Shown: one piece after another, positions 10,114-20,226 of the stretch
Layout of the letters: each line of letters begins with the position of its first letter
Numbering within the stretch: position 1 is the stretch's first letter
NCBI GenBank assembly: GCA_963667785.2
Contig: CAXXMU010000002.1
Coordinates: 672,001 to 736,000 of the forward strand
Direction: 5' to 3'
Length of the DNA: 64,000 bases
Source of the DNA: Alphaproteobacteria bacterium
GTDB taxonomy: Bacteria; Pseudomonadota; Alphaproteobacteria; UBA828
Program-made: the position numbers and the translations under genes
The notes under the pieces: model-generated
Seen by the model: the letters and a program-made list of their open reading frames with translations, nothing else
Database searches by the model: none
What the model was told of the DNA's origin: nothing

Positions 10114-11011
10114 ATGATCGAGGTCAATTCACCGAGGCTGCTGGATCTCGTGGCCGAGGATGCCACCGTCGACCAGGTTTGCACGGGCTTCACGTTCACC
10201 GAGGGGCCGATCTGGCACCCCGGCGAGCAGTGCCTCTACTTCAGCGACATCCCGGAGGACACGCGCCGGCGCTGGAGCGCGGCCGACGGCGCGAGCGACG
10301 TGCGGCAGCCCAACAACAAGGGCAACGGCATGACGCTGGATGCCGACCTCAACCTCTACATCTGCGAGCACGTGACCAGCGCACTGGCCCGCGAGACGCC
10401 GGCGGGCGAGCGCCAGGTGCTGGCCTCGCACTACAACGGCAAGGAGCTCAACAGCCCCAACGACGTGGTGGTGAGGTCCGACGGCCAGGTCTACTTCTCC
10501 GATCCCTGGTACGGCCGCATGCCGGTCTTCGGCCTGGAGCGCGAGCGGGAGCTGGGCTTCCAGGGGCTCTTCCGCATTGCGACCGACGGCTCGCTGCACT
10601 GCGAGGCGGACGACTTCGACCAGCCGAACGGCCTCTGCTTCTCGCCGGACGAGAGCCTGCTCTACGTCAACGACACCACGCGGGCCCACATCCGCCTGTT
10701 CGACGTGGGCTCGGACGGCTCGCTCTCGAACGGGCGCATGTTCGCCGAGAACATCGGCGACGGCGTGCTGGAGAACGGCGTCGTCGACGGCATGAAGTGC
10801 GACGAGCAGGGCAACGTCTACGTCACCGGGCCGCGCGGCTTCTGGGTCTTCGGCCGCGGACGGCGAGCATCTCGGCGTCATCGGCATGCCGGAGCACTCG
10901 GCCAACCTCAACTGGGGCGGCACCGGCTGGAACGAGCTCTACTGCACCTGCTCGACCTCGGTCTACCGCATCGCGCTCAAGGTCGCCGGCAATCGCCTGG
11001 CCTACATGTAG
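10114..11011 (+). CDS. SMP-30/gluconolactonase family protein, frameshift near 10855
   Basis: FTEGPIW, LYFSDI, LNSPND, PNGLCFSPDE, DGMKCDEQGN. Confidence 0.88.
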
Positions 11012-11022
11012 GAGGCGGACTC

Positions 11023-11634
11023 ATGGCTCTCGAACTCGACCCCGCCCGCAGCGCCCTCATCATCCAGGACCTGCAGAACGACGTGATCGCGGAAGGCGGC
11101 GCCTTCGCCGATTCCGGCGCGCCGGCGCACGCCACCTCGCAGAACGTGGTGGAGAACGTGAAGGCGCTCGCCGCGGCCGCGCGCGGCGCCGGCATGGCGG
11201 TGATCCACGTCCACTACGTCGTCGAGGAAGGGGCGCCGGGGCTGAAGCTCAACGCGCCGCTCTTCCAGGGCGTCGCCGAGGCCAAGGCGCTCGTGCGCGG
11301 GACCTGGGGAGTCGCTGCGGTGGCGGGGCTGGAGCCGCAGGCGGGCGACCTGGTGGTCGAGAAGATGCGCATGAACGCCTTCCACGACACCCACCTCGAG
11401 ACCATCCTCAAGGGGCTCGGCGTGGACACCATCGTGATCTCGGGCGCGTGGACCAACTTCTCGGTCGAGCATACCGCGCGTCACGGCGCCGATGCGGGCT
11501 ACCGCGCCATCGTGCTCACCGACGGAACGTCGACCATCAACGACGAGTGGCACAACGCCGGCCTCAACTACGCGCTGGAGAACATCGCCGAGCGCGTGAC
11601 CTGCGCCGAAGTCCAGGCGGCGCTCGGGGGCTGA
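11023..11634 (+). CDS. Isochorismatase-like (cysteine hydrolase family) protein with Ser at the nucleophile position
   Basis: ALIIQDLQND, VVEKMRMNAF, GAWTNFSVEHTAR. Confidence 0.85.
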   Translation: MALELDPARSALIIQDLQNDVIAEGGAFADSGAPAHATSQNVVENVKALAAAARGAGMAVIHVHYVVEEGAPGLKLNAPLFQGVAEAKALVRGTWGVAAVAGLEPQAGDLVVEKMRMNAFHDTHLETILKGLGVDTIVISGAWTNFSVEHTARHGADAGYRAIVLTDGTSTINDEWHNAGLNYALENIAERVTCAEVQAALGG

Positions 11635-11693
11635 GAGGCGCGCCGGCGGCCTGGATCGCAAGGTCCGGAAGCAGCGGCGTAGCAACCCCGACA

Positions 11694-11858
11694 CGTCATG
11701 GCCGGACCCGTTCTGGGTATCCGGACATCCATGTCGCGCGGCAAGAGACCCACCTCTCCCTGTCCCTCTCCCCCCTGAAGGGCGGAGAGGGGACGCAGGC
11801 GGCATCGGCTTTCTCTCCCTCTCCTCCCTGGGGAGGAGAGGGTCGGGGTGAGGAGGGG
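11694..11858. repeat. Composite REP cluster (degenerate CGTC unit plus two CCCTCTCC-type palindromes) between convergent genes
   Basis: CGTCATGGCCGG...; 43-bp identity with 2828-2870; CCCTCTCCTCCCTGGGGAGGAGAGGG. Confidence 0.75.
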
Positions 11859-11887
11859 TCGCCGGCCCGGCGCGCCGGTTCGCCGCG

Positions 11888-12733
11888 TCAGTCCGGGAGC
11901 GGGGCGAGGAGGTCGTTGCGGCCGCCGAGGAAGTTCACCACCACCCGCATGTTCTCCTCGGTGTTGTCGAAGAGGGTCGAGTGGTTGGAGCCCCTGATCA
12001 CGTGCTTGACCGCGTTCGGGATGTTCTCGGCGAGCCAGGTCTGGCCGGCGCCGGTCTCGCCCACCTCCCAGGGCGTCATGATGTCCTCGTCGCCGCCGAT
12101 CACCAGCGTCGGCGCCTTGATCTCGGCGGCGTAGGGGCGCAGGTCCATCTCCATCATGGCGCGGCAGGCGCGCTGATAGACCTCGCGGCGGTTCGAGCGC
12201 TCGAGGATGTCCTGGATCATGTCGACGGCGCCGGGGCCGTTCGGCCCGTCGAGGAACTTCCGTGAGAGCGCCTGCACGGCGATCAGCTCGGCCAGCGTGC
12301 GGCTGCCGCAGCCGTAGGCCTCGGAGATGTCGATCCAGTTCTGGAAGGTGAGGCGCCCGGCGAGATCGAGCTTGGCGGCCGAGCAGTTGATGACCAGCCG
12401 GTCGGTGCGGTCTGCGTACTTGGCGCCGAAGACCTGCGCGATCATGCCGCCCATGGAGGTGCCGTGGATGTGGGCGCGCTCGACCTTGAGCGCGTCCATC
12501 AGGCCCGCCACGTCGTCGGCCCAGACCTCCATGTCGTAGGGCTGGATGGGCTTGTCGGACTGGCCGTAGCCGCGCATGTCGAAGTCGATGCAGCGGAAGT
12601 AGCGCGAGGCGATCGGCGTCGCCGTCGCGAAGTTGAAGTGGCCGAAGCCGGCGCCGTGGATGTGCACCACGGGGGCGCCTGTGCCCGTCTCTTCGTACCA
12701 GAGCCTCGCGCCGTTGACCTCCGTGAACGCCAT
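11888..12733 (-). CDS. Alpha/beta fold hydrolase
   Basis: HG, DMRGYGQS, GTSMGG nucleophile elbow, GDED, SNH; start at MAFTEVNG. Confidence 0.88.
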   Translation of the reverse strand: MAFTEVNGARLWYEETGTGAPVVHIHGAGFGHFNFATATPIASRYFRCIDFDMRGYGQSDKPIQPYDMEVWADDVAGLMDALKVERAHIHGTSMGGMIAQVFGAKYADRTDRLVINCSAAKLDLAGRLTFQNWIDISEAYGCGSRTLAELIAVQALSRKFLDGPNGPGAVDMIQDILERSNRREVYQRACRAMMEMDLRPYAAEIKAPTLVIGGDEDIMTPWEVGETGAGQTWLAENIPNAVKHVIRGSNHSTLFDNTEENMRVVVNFLGGRNDLLAPLPD

Positions 12734-12862
12734 GTCCGCCTCCCTTCGCCAGCCTCGCCGCCCAGAGCGGCCGATCTTACACCCTCCGGCGCGAAACTGT
12801 TTGCCATACGCCGGCGTTGCGACCAAAGTCCCGCCGGCGCGGCGAACGGAGCGAGGGAGGCG

Positions 12863-14269
12863 ATGGCACGGCCCGACCTGCCGCCGGAGACGGGCGCCGC
12901 GGCCGAGCGGGGCGGGCGGGACGGCCTCTACGGCCTCACCACCGAGCTGGTAAGTGCCGTCCGCGCGGCGCTCGCCGCCTCCGACGGCGACCGCGTCCGC
13001 GCTCTCGTCGCCCCGCTGCACGAAGCCGACACCGCCGACCTGATCGAGCGCTTCCGCCCCGAGGAGCGCCGCCGCCTCGTCGCCGTCGCCCACGACGTGC
13101 TGGACGGCGACGTGCTCGCGGAGCTCGAGGACGAGATCCGCGAGGCGCTGATCGGCGAGATCGGGACGGAACGGGTCGCCGAGGCGATCGCGGACATGGA
13201 CACGGACGACGCCGTCGCCGTGCTCGAGGACCTCGACGACCCGCAGCGCAAGGAGATCCTCGACGCGATCTCCAGCGAGGAGCGCGCCGAGGTCGCCGAA
13301 GCGCTGACCTATCCGGAGGACAGCGCCGGCCGCCTGATGCAGCACGATCTGGTCGCGCTGCCGGCCTTCTGGACGGTGGGGCAGACCATCGACCACATGC
13401 GCGAGACCGGCGACGACCTGCCGGGGGATTTCTACGAGATCTACGTGATCGACCCGCGCCACCGGCCCATCGGCCGGATACCGCTGCACAGCCTGCTCCG
13501 CACCCGCCGGCCGGTGCTGCTGCGCGACATCATGGCGGAGGACCTCAAGGCGATCCCCGCCGAGACCGACCAGGAGGAGGTCGGCCACGTCTTCGAGCAG
13601 TACGACCTCGTGTCGGCGCCGGTGATCGGCGCGGGCGGGCGGCTCATCGGCGTGATCACCGTCGACGACGTGGTCGACGTCATCCAGGAGGAGGCGGAGG
13701 AGGACATCCTGCGCCTCAGCGGCGTCCGGGAGCCCGACATCTACCGCGCAGCACTGCGCACCGCCACCGGCCGCTTCACCTGGCTGCTGGTCAATCTCGG
13801 CACCGCGATCCTGGCGTCGCTGGTGATCTACCAGTTCGACGGGACCATCGACCAGATGGTGGCGCTCGCCGTCCTCATGCCCATCGTCGCCTCCATGGGG
13901 GGCAATGCCGGCACCCAGACCATGGCCGTCGCCGTGCGCGCCATCGCCACCAAGGACCTCACCACGGCCAACGTGCTCAGGGTGCTGTGGAAGGAGGTGC
14001 TGGTCGGCGGCTTCAACGGCGTCGTCTTCGCTCTCCTCATCGGCGTCGCCGCAGCCGCGTGGTACGATAACATCGCGCTCGGCATCGTCATCGGCGCCGC
14101 GATGATCATCAACATGGTGGTTGCCGGCCTCTTCGGCCTGGCGATCCCGGTGGCGCTGTGGCGCCTCAGGATCGACCCGGCGACGGCGGCCGGCGTGGTG
14201 CTGACCACGATCACGGACGTGGTGGGCTTCCTCGCCTTCCTCGGCCTCGCGGGGATGCTGCTGGTGTAG
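12863..14269 (+). CDS. mgtE: Magnesium transporter MgtE
   Basis: YPEDSAGRLM, CBS pair, MPIVASMGGNAGTQT, IDPA..TTITDVVG. Confidence 0.95.
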   Translation: MARPDLPPETGAAAERGGRDGLYGLTTELVSAVRAALAASDGDRVRALVAPLHEADTADLIERFRPEERRRLVAVAHDVLDGDVLAELEDEIREALIGEIGTERVAEAIADMDTDDAVAVLEDLDDPQRKEILDAISSEERAEVAEALTYPEDSAGRLMQHDLVALPAFWTVGQTIDHMRETGDDLPGDFYEIYVIDPRHRPIGRIPLHSLLRTRRPVLLRDIMAEDLKAIPAETDQEEVGHVFEQYDLVSAPVIGAGGRLIGVITVDDVVDVIQEEAEEDILRLSGVREPDIYRAALRTATGRFTWLLVNLGTAILASLVIYQFDGTIDQMVALAVLMPIVASMGGNAGTQTMAVAVRAIATKDLTTANVLRVLWKEVLVGGFNGVVFALLIGVAAAAWYDNIALGIVIGAAMIINMVVAGLFGLAIPVALWRLRIDPATAAGVVLTTITDVVGFLAFLGLAGMLLV

Positions 14270-14293
14270 GAGCGGCGGCAGGCGGGCCGCGCG

Positions 14294-14698
14294 CTATTCC
14301 TCCCGCAGCCAGCGCCGCGCCTCGGCCGGTTCGTGCTCGGGGTCGAACTCGAAGAGCTCCAGCAGCACGCCGTCGGGCGCCGCGCACATGATGTAGCGCC
14401 AGGTGCCGAACTCGCGGATTTCGCTGCGGAAGGCGACGCCCTGCTCCCTCATCCGCGCGACCAGGGCGCGCAGGTCGTCGCTGCGGATGCCGATATGGTG
14501 GACCGCGCCGCGGCCCTCGCCGCGCGGCGGCTGGTCGTAGAGGTGCAGGCCCCCGCTGCCGATGCGCATGAAGACGTTGCGGGCGCCGGCGAGCACGCCG
14601 TCATGGACCAGCTCGCCGCCCAGCATGTCGCGCCACCAGGCGATGGTGGCGTCGATGTCGCGGGCGAAGATGTGGACGTGGTGAAGGCTCTCGGCCAT
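14294..14698 (-). CDS. VOC/glyoxalase family protein
   Basis: LHHVHI, HHIGI, PDGVLLELFE. Confidence 0.85.
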   Translation of the reverse strand: MAESLHHVHIFARDIDATIAWWRDMLGGELVHDGVLAGARNVFMRIGSGGLHLYDQPPRGEGRGAVHHIGIRSDDLRALVARMREQGVAFRSEIREFGTWRYIMCAAPDGVLLELFEFDPEHEPAEARRWLREE

Positions 14699-14710
14699 GG
14701 CGGGTAACGG

Positions 14711-14920
14711 CTAGCGTCCCGTTCGCGAGTCGTCCGCGCGCTCGCACATGAGTCCCTCTGCGTCATGGCCGGGCTTGTCCCGGCCATCCACGTCCCTCCG
14801 CAGCACGTGGGCCTCATGGATGCCCGGAACAAGTCCGGGCATGACGAGTGAATGAATGGCTGATTGAGAGGGAGTTTCCACCGAACCAACGGCGCGCGAA
14901 GTCAAGGAACGCGACACTAG
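14711..14920. mobile_element. Putative CTAG-bounded MITE carrying a CGTC REP doublet (14761-14846)
   Basis: Ends CTAGCGTCCCGTTC and, reverse-complemented, CTAGTGTCGCGTTC (12/14 match); similar left end at 2655. Confidence 0.5.
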
Positions 14921-15933
14921 GCGGCGCTTGCGACCAGCGGCGCCACCTCCTCGGCGAAGAGGGTCATGCTCTCGGTCACCTGGTCGTGCGGCATGCCGAG
15001 CCAGTCCATGCCGAGGATGAACGTGGTGATGCCGAGGCGGCGCCTGTAGCCGGCGATCTGCTCCGCGACCTCGGCAGGCGAGCCGAAGAGGAAGCGGTCG
15101 CGCATCAGCTCCTCGAAGTCGAGCGAGAGGTCGTCGTCGCCCGCCGGCATGGCCTTGTCCTGCCCCCACGCGTGGTAGGTCTTGTACTTCTCCTCGAGGT
15201 AGGGGCGGGCGAGCCGCTCGGCCTCTGCCCTGGTGCGGGCGACGAAGATCTCGCGCATGAGCGGAAGCTCTGCGGGGAACGGCTTTCCCGCCTCGTCGAG
15301 CGCGCGCCGGTAGATCGCGAGCTGGCGCTCGGTCGTCTCCATGCGCTGGTGGGGGTTGATGAACCAGGTGTCGCCGAGCCGGGCCGCGCGCTCGACCGCG
15401 GCGTCCGCATTGGCGCCGAGCCAGATCGGCGGATGCGGCGTCTGCACCGGCTTGAGCGAGAGCGTCGCGTCGTCGAGGGTGAAGTGGGAGCCCGCCATCG
15501 TCACCCCGTCCTCGCGCCAGAGGCGGACGACGGCTTCAAGGTTTTCCTCCAACCGCGCCACCCGCTCTGCCTGCGTGGTGCCGAAGCCCTTGAACTCCAC
15601 CTCGCGGTAGCCGAGACCCGCGCCGAAGATCATGCGCCCGCCCGACATCACGTCCAGCGTCGCGACCTGCTCGGCGATGTCGAGCGGCTTGTGCAGCGAG
15701 AGCAGAATGATCCCCGGCAGCAGCCGGCAGCGCGGCGCCTCCGCCATGAGCCGCGCCAGCAGCGGGAGCTGCTGGTACTGCTGCAGCGGGTAGGCGGCGT
15801 AGTGCATGCCGGTGGCGAGGATGTCGTAGCCCAGCGCGTCGGCGAGCCTGGCCTGGGCGCAGAGGTCCGCGAAGCGTGCGTTCATGTCCTCGCCGCGGCG
15901 GAACTGGCCGCGAATGAAGAAGCCGTATTTCAT
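14917..15933 (-). CDS. LLM-class flavin-dependent oxidoreductase
   Basis: AEQVATLDVMSGGR..GAGLGYR, KPVQTPHPPIWLG, AARLGD. Confidence 0.88.
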   Translation of the reverse strand: MKYGFFIRGQFRRGEDMNARFADLCAQARLADALGYDILATGMHYAAYPLQQYQQLPLLARLMAEAPRCRLLPGIILLSLHKPLDIAEQVATLDVMSGGRMIFGAGLGYREVEFKGFGTTQAERVARLEENLEAVVRLWREDGVTMAGSHFTLDDATLSLKPVQTPHPPIWLGANADAAVERAARLGDTWFINPHQRMETTERQLAIYRRALDEAGKPFPAELPLMREIFVARTRAEAERLARPYLEEKYKTYHAWGQDKAMPAGDDDLSLDFEELMRDRFLFGSPAEVAEQIAGYRRRLGITTFILGMDWLGMPHDQVTESMTLFAEEVAPLVASAA

Positions 15934-15940
15934 GGATCGT

Positions 15941-16744
15941 TCAGTGCGTCGTGGCGTCGTGCGAAAGCGTCAGCAGGCAGTCGTCGCCGAGAGGCTCGAT
16001 CGCCGACCAGTCGCGGGTGCAGTGATGCTCGGCGCGCTCGAAGCGGGTGGGCGGGTTATCGGTGGCTGCGACGTTGAGATAGAAGATGCGCCGGGGCCAG
16101 GGGGTGATGTTGCCCGCCGAGCCGTGGACCATGTTGGCATGGCTGATGAGAACCGAGCCGGCCGGGCCGGTGAAGGTCTCGATGCCGCCCGCGTCCACGA
16201 TATGGGCAAGGTGCTCCTCCGTGATGTGGAAGAGCGTGTAGCCGGGCGATTCGTGGTTGTCCACGGCCTCGGCGATCATCCCGTAGTGGTGCGAGCCCGG
16301 CACCAGCATGAGCGGCCCGTTGGCGGCGTTGGCCTCGTCGAGCAGGATCGCCACCATGAAGGCGCGCGGCTCCTTGAGCCCGTCGCGGTCCGACCAGGTC
16401 GCGTAGTCCTGATGCCAGGCCCACGGGCCCCCGTGGTGGGCGGCCTTGGGGTTGAGCCGCGACTGGTGGATGTAGACCGGGCCCCCCATCAGTTCCTCCG
16501 CCACCTGCAGCCAGCGTGGATGGCGCGAGAGCCGGTGGAACGCCTCGTTGAAGCGGTGGGCGCCGTAGACGAGCCGCACCGCCTCCGACTCCGGCTCGTG
16601 GACCACCTCGGGGCCTTCGCGGGCCGCGACCGCCTCCGACTCGCCCCGCACGGCCGCGATCTCGGCCTCGGAGAAGAGGGCGGGCAGCAGCAGGAACCCG
16701 TGGTCCTCGAACTCGCGCCGCTGGGCGTCGGTGATGGCGGCCAT
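15941..16744 (-). CDS. Phytanoyl-CoA dioxygenase-family Fe(II)/2-oxoglutarate hydroxylase (EctD/proline-hydroxylase-like)
   Basis: WHQDY (HxD), NGPL..VPGSH, distal VHGS..N..PR. Confidence 0.85.
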   Translation of the reverse strand: MAAITDAQRREFEDHGFLLLPALFSEAEIAAVRGESEAVAAREGPEVVHEPESEAVRLVYGAHRFNEAFHRLSRHPRWLQVAEELMGGPVYIHQSRLNPKAAHHGGPWAWHQDYATWSDRDGLKEPRAFMVAILLDEANAANGPLMLVPGSHHYGMIAEAVDNHESPGYTLFHITEEHLAHIVDAGGIETFTGPAGSVLISHANMVHGSAGNITPWPRRIFYLNVAATDNPPTRFERAEHHCTRDWSAIEPLGDDCLLTLSHDATTH

Positions 16745-16766
16745 GGCCGGGGTCCCCGCCCGGTTC

Positions 16767-17471
16767 CTAGCCGCCCATGCCGACGAACTCGGCGACCAGG
16801 TCGGGATCGGAAAGCTGCCCCGGCGCCACCTCGCTGGTGAACTGCCCGCGCTGGATGATGAGCACGCGCTGCGAGAGCTCCGCGATGAAGTCGAGGTTCT
16901 GTTCGACCAGCACGACGGTGAGCTTGCGTCGGGCCTGCAGGGTCTTGAGGATCTCGACGATCTCTTCGACGATCGAGGGCTGGATGCCTTCGGTCGGCTC
17001 GTCGAGGAGGACGAGGCGCGGGCGGGCGCAGAGGCAGCGCGCGAGAGCCAGGATCTGTTGCTCGCCGCCGGAGAGCACCCGGCCGGCGCGGTCCAGCAGC
17101 GGCTTGAGCCGGGGGAACTCCTCGAGCACCTCCTCGAGCACCTCCTGCTCGTCGACCTTCTGCACCGCCAGGCCGAGCCTGAGATTGTCGCGCACGCTGA
17201 CGTTGGGGAAGATCTCGCGTCCTTGCGGCACGTAGCCGATGCCGCGCCGGCTGCGCTTGTGCGGCGGCTCCCGGGTGATCGTCTCTCCCTCGAAGGTGAT
17301 CGAGCCGTCGGTGGTCTTGACCAGGCCGATCAGGGTCTTGAGCAGAGTCGTCTTGCCCATCCCGTTGTGGCCCAGGATGCCGACGAACTCGCCCTCGGCG
17401 ACCTCGAGGTCGATGCCGTGCAGGATGGGGATCCTGCCGTAGCTCGCGCGGATGCCTTCGGCGTTCAGCAT
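16767..17471 (-). CDS. ABC transporter ATP-binding protein (UrtE-like)
   Basis: GHNGMGKT, YVPQGREIF, LSGGEQQ, LDEPTEGIQPSI. Confidence 0.9.
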   Translation of the reverse strand: MLNAEGIRASYGRIPILHGIDLEVAEGEFVGILGHNGMGKTTLLKTLIGLVKTTDGSITFEGETITREPPHKRSRRGIGYVPQGREIFPNVSVRDNLRLGLAVQKVDEQEVLEEVLEEFPRLKPLLDRAGRVLSGGEQQILALARCLCARPRLVLLDEPTEGIQPSIVEEIVEILKTLQARRKLTVVLVEQNLDFIAELSQRVLIIQRGQFTSEVAPGQLSDPDLVAEFVGMGG

Positions 17472-17474
17472 CGC

Positions 17475-18247
<773 letters not shown>

Positions 18248-18251
<4 letters not shown>

Positions 18252-19303
18252 TGCGCCGCCTCCCGCCCTCTCCCGTCGCCTGCGCCGTCTGCGCGCAGCA
18301 TGGGCAGATAACGCTCGCCGAGCTGGCGCGCGGTCGGCAGCAGCCCGGCCGGCACCAGCAGGACGAACAGCATAATGATCCCGCCGAAGATGAGATAGGT
18401 GTTGGTGATCTGCTGCTGGCCGATCTCGAACTTCAGCATGAGCAGCCCGATGCAGCCGATCATCGGCCCGACCAGGGTGCCGAGCCCGCCGATCAGCGTC
18501 CACATGATGATCTCGGCCGCGAAGTTGAGAGCGAACACGTCGGGGTTGACGAAGGAGTTGAAGTTGACGCCGAGGCAGCCGGCGAGGCCGGCCATGGCGC
18601 CGCCGATGGTGAAGGTCTGCAGCTTGTGCAGGCGGACGTCGTAGCCGAGCAGCTCGGCGCGCAGCTCGTTCTCCCTGATCGCCACCGCGACCCGGCCGAA
18701 ATGCGAGCGGTTGAGGAGCTTGAGCCCGAAGTAGCACGCGATCAGGCAGAACATTGAGAGATGGAATATTTCGTCCGGCAAGAGCCAGGCGCTGCCGTCT
18801 CCCGGCCAGTTGATGGGCTGGATCGACGAGATGCCGTTGAAGCCCATGAGCCGCTGCGCGCCGATGACGTATTCCTCGCCGGCCGTCGAGCGCATGAAGT
18901 TGTAGAGGATGAGGGTGACGGCGAGCGTCACCACCGCGAGATAGACGTCGCTGAGGCGGCCGTAGAACATGAAGTAGCCGAGCAGCGCGGCGAAGGCGCC
19001 GGGCACGACAATCGCGAGCAGGAAAGGCGCGGTACTCTCGCCGATATTGCCCACCGCGATCGCATAGGTGTAGGCGCCGAGGCCGTAGAACGCCGACTGC
19101 CCGAAGCAGAGGATGCCGCCGTAGCCCCAGATGAAGCCCATGGAGAGCGCGAGGATCGCCATGGCGACGAAGAGCGTCACCTTGAAGAGCAGGAAGAGGT
19201 CGAAGATGTGCGGCCCGGCGAACAGCAGCACCACCATGGCGATCCCGACCAGGATGGTGCCCCAGGTCTCCCAGTTCCGCAGGTTGACGCCGAGCACCGT
19301 CAC
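18248..19303 (-). CDS. ABC transporter permease (UrtC/LivM-like)
   Basis: WGYGGILCFGQ, AIRENE.RA..LGY, IGGLGTL.GP; hydrophobic. Confidence 0.9.
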
Positions 19304-20169
19304 AGCGACCGCCTGAAGATCTTGCCGGTGATGCCCTGGGGCAGGAGCCTGAGCAGCACCACGGCGACGATGAGCAGCCCGACGCCGCCGAGCACCGGGG
19401 TGAACTCGTAGCTGAGAAGCTGGCGCACCGTGCCGAAGACGCCGGAGGCGACCAGCGTACCGGTCACCGCGCCGGTGCCGCCTGTGATGACGGTGATGAA
19501 GGTCTGGGCGACGTAGGCCGCGCCTGCCGTCGGGATGACCTGCGAGATCGGCGCCAGCAGGCCGCCCGCGAGCCCCGTCAGCGCGGCGCCGAGCGCGAAC
19601 GTCACCATGTAGACGCGCTGCGTGCTGATGCCGAGCACCGAGGCTTGCGCCGGGTTCTGCATGGTGCCGCGCGCGATCAGGCCGAGCTTGGTGCGGGTCA
19701 GCACCAGGAAGATGCCGATGAAGAGCAGGATCACGATGCCGATGAGCACCATGCGGTACTGGGCGACGTTGTAGATGCCGACCTCGAAGCTCCCCATCGG
19801 CGCGGACACGCCTTCGATGATGTTGCCGAAGATCGCTGTCACGATGCCGATCAGCAGCAGGCTCAGCCCCCAGGTGGCGATCAGCGTGTCGATCATCCGG
19901 CCGTAGAAGAAGCGGATGAAGGCGCGCTCCACGATGATGCCGATGATGCCGACGACGATCGGCGAGATGATCAGCATCGAGATCCAGATGTTGATGCCCA
20001 GCGTCTTGGTGCAGACGACCGTGGTGTAAGCGCCGAGCATCATGAACTCGCCGTGGGCGAAATTGATCACCCGCATCATGCCGAAGATGATCGCCAGCCC
20101 GGCGCAGGCGAGCGCCAGGCTGGCAATCCCGTTCAGCACTTCGATGATCAGGAGCGCGGCGGTATCCAC
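19300..20169 (-). CDS. ABC transporter permease (UrtB/LivH-like)
   Basis: GLAIIFGMMRVINFAHGEF, LIATWG, PQGI. Confidence 0.9.
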   Translation of the reverse strand: MDTAALLIIEVLNGIASLALACAGLAIIFGMMRVINFAHGEFMMLGAYTTVVCTKTLGINIWISMLIISPIVVGIIGIIVERAFIRFFYGRMIDTLIATWGLSLLLIGIVTAIFGNIIEGVSAPMGSFEVGIYNVAQYRMVLIGIVILLFIGIFLVLTRTKLGLIARGTMQNPAQASVLGISTQRVYMVTFALGAALTGLAGGLLAPISQVIPTAGAAYVAQTFITVITGGTGAVTGTLVASGVFGTVRQLLSYEFTPVLGGVGLLIVAVVLLRLLPQGITGKIFRRSL

Positions 20170-20226
20170 GGCGCGCCCGTCGTCAAGCGTGCAGTCGCTC
20201 TCGCTTCGCTGCGGTTCGCGTGACGC

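Noticed and set aside
9631-11634. 667-aa ORF appearing to fuse RidA, SMP-30 lactonase and isochorismatase
   Set aside because: Created by frameshifts near 9813 and 10855; each gene has its own RBS/start and its true C-terminus in another frame.
15941-16744. Ectoine hydroxylase ectD call
   Set aside because: Lacks the EctD signature (WHSDFETW..EDG) and there is no ectABC; kept as PhyH family.
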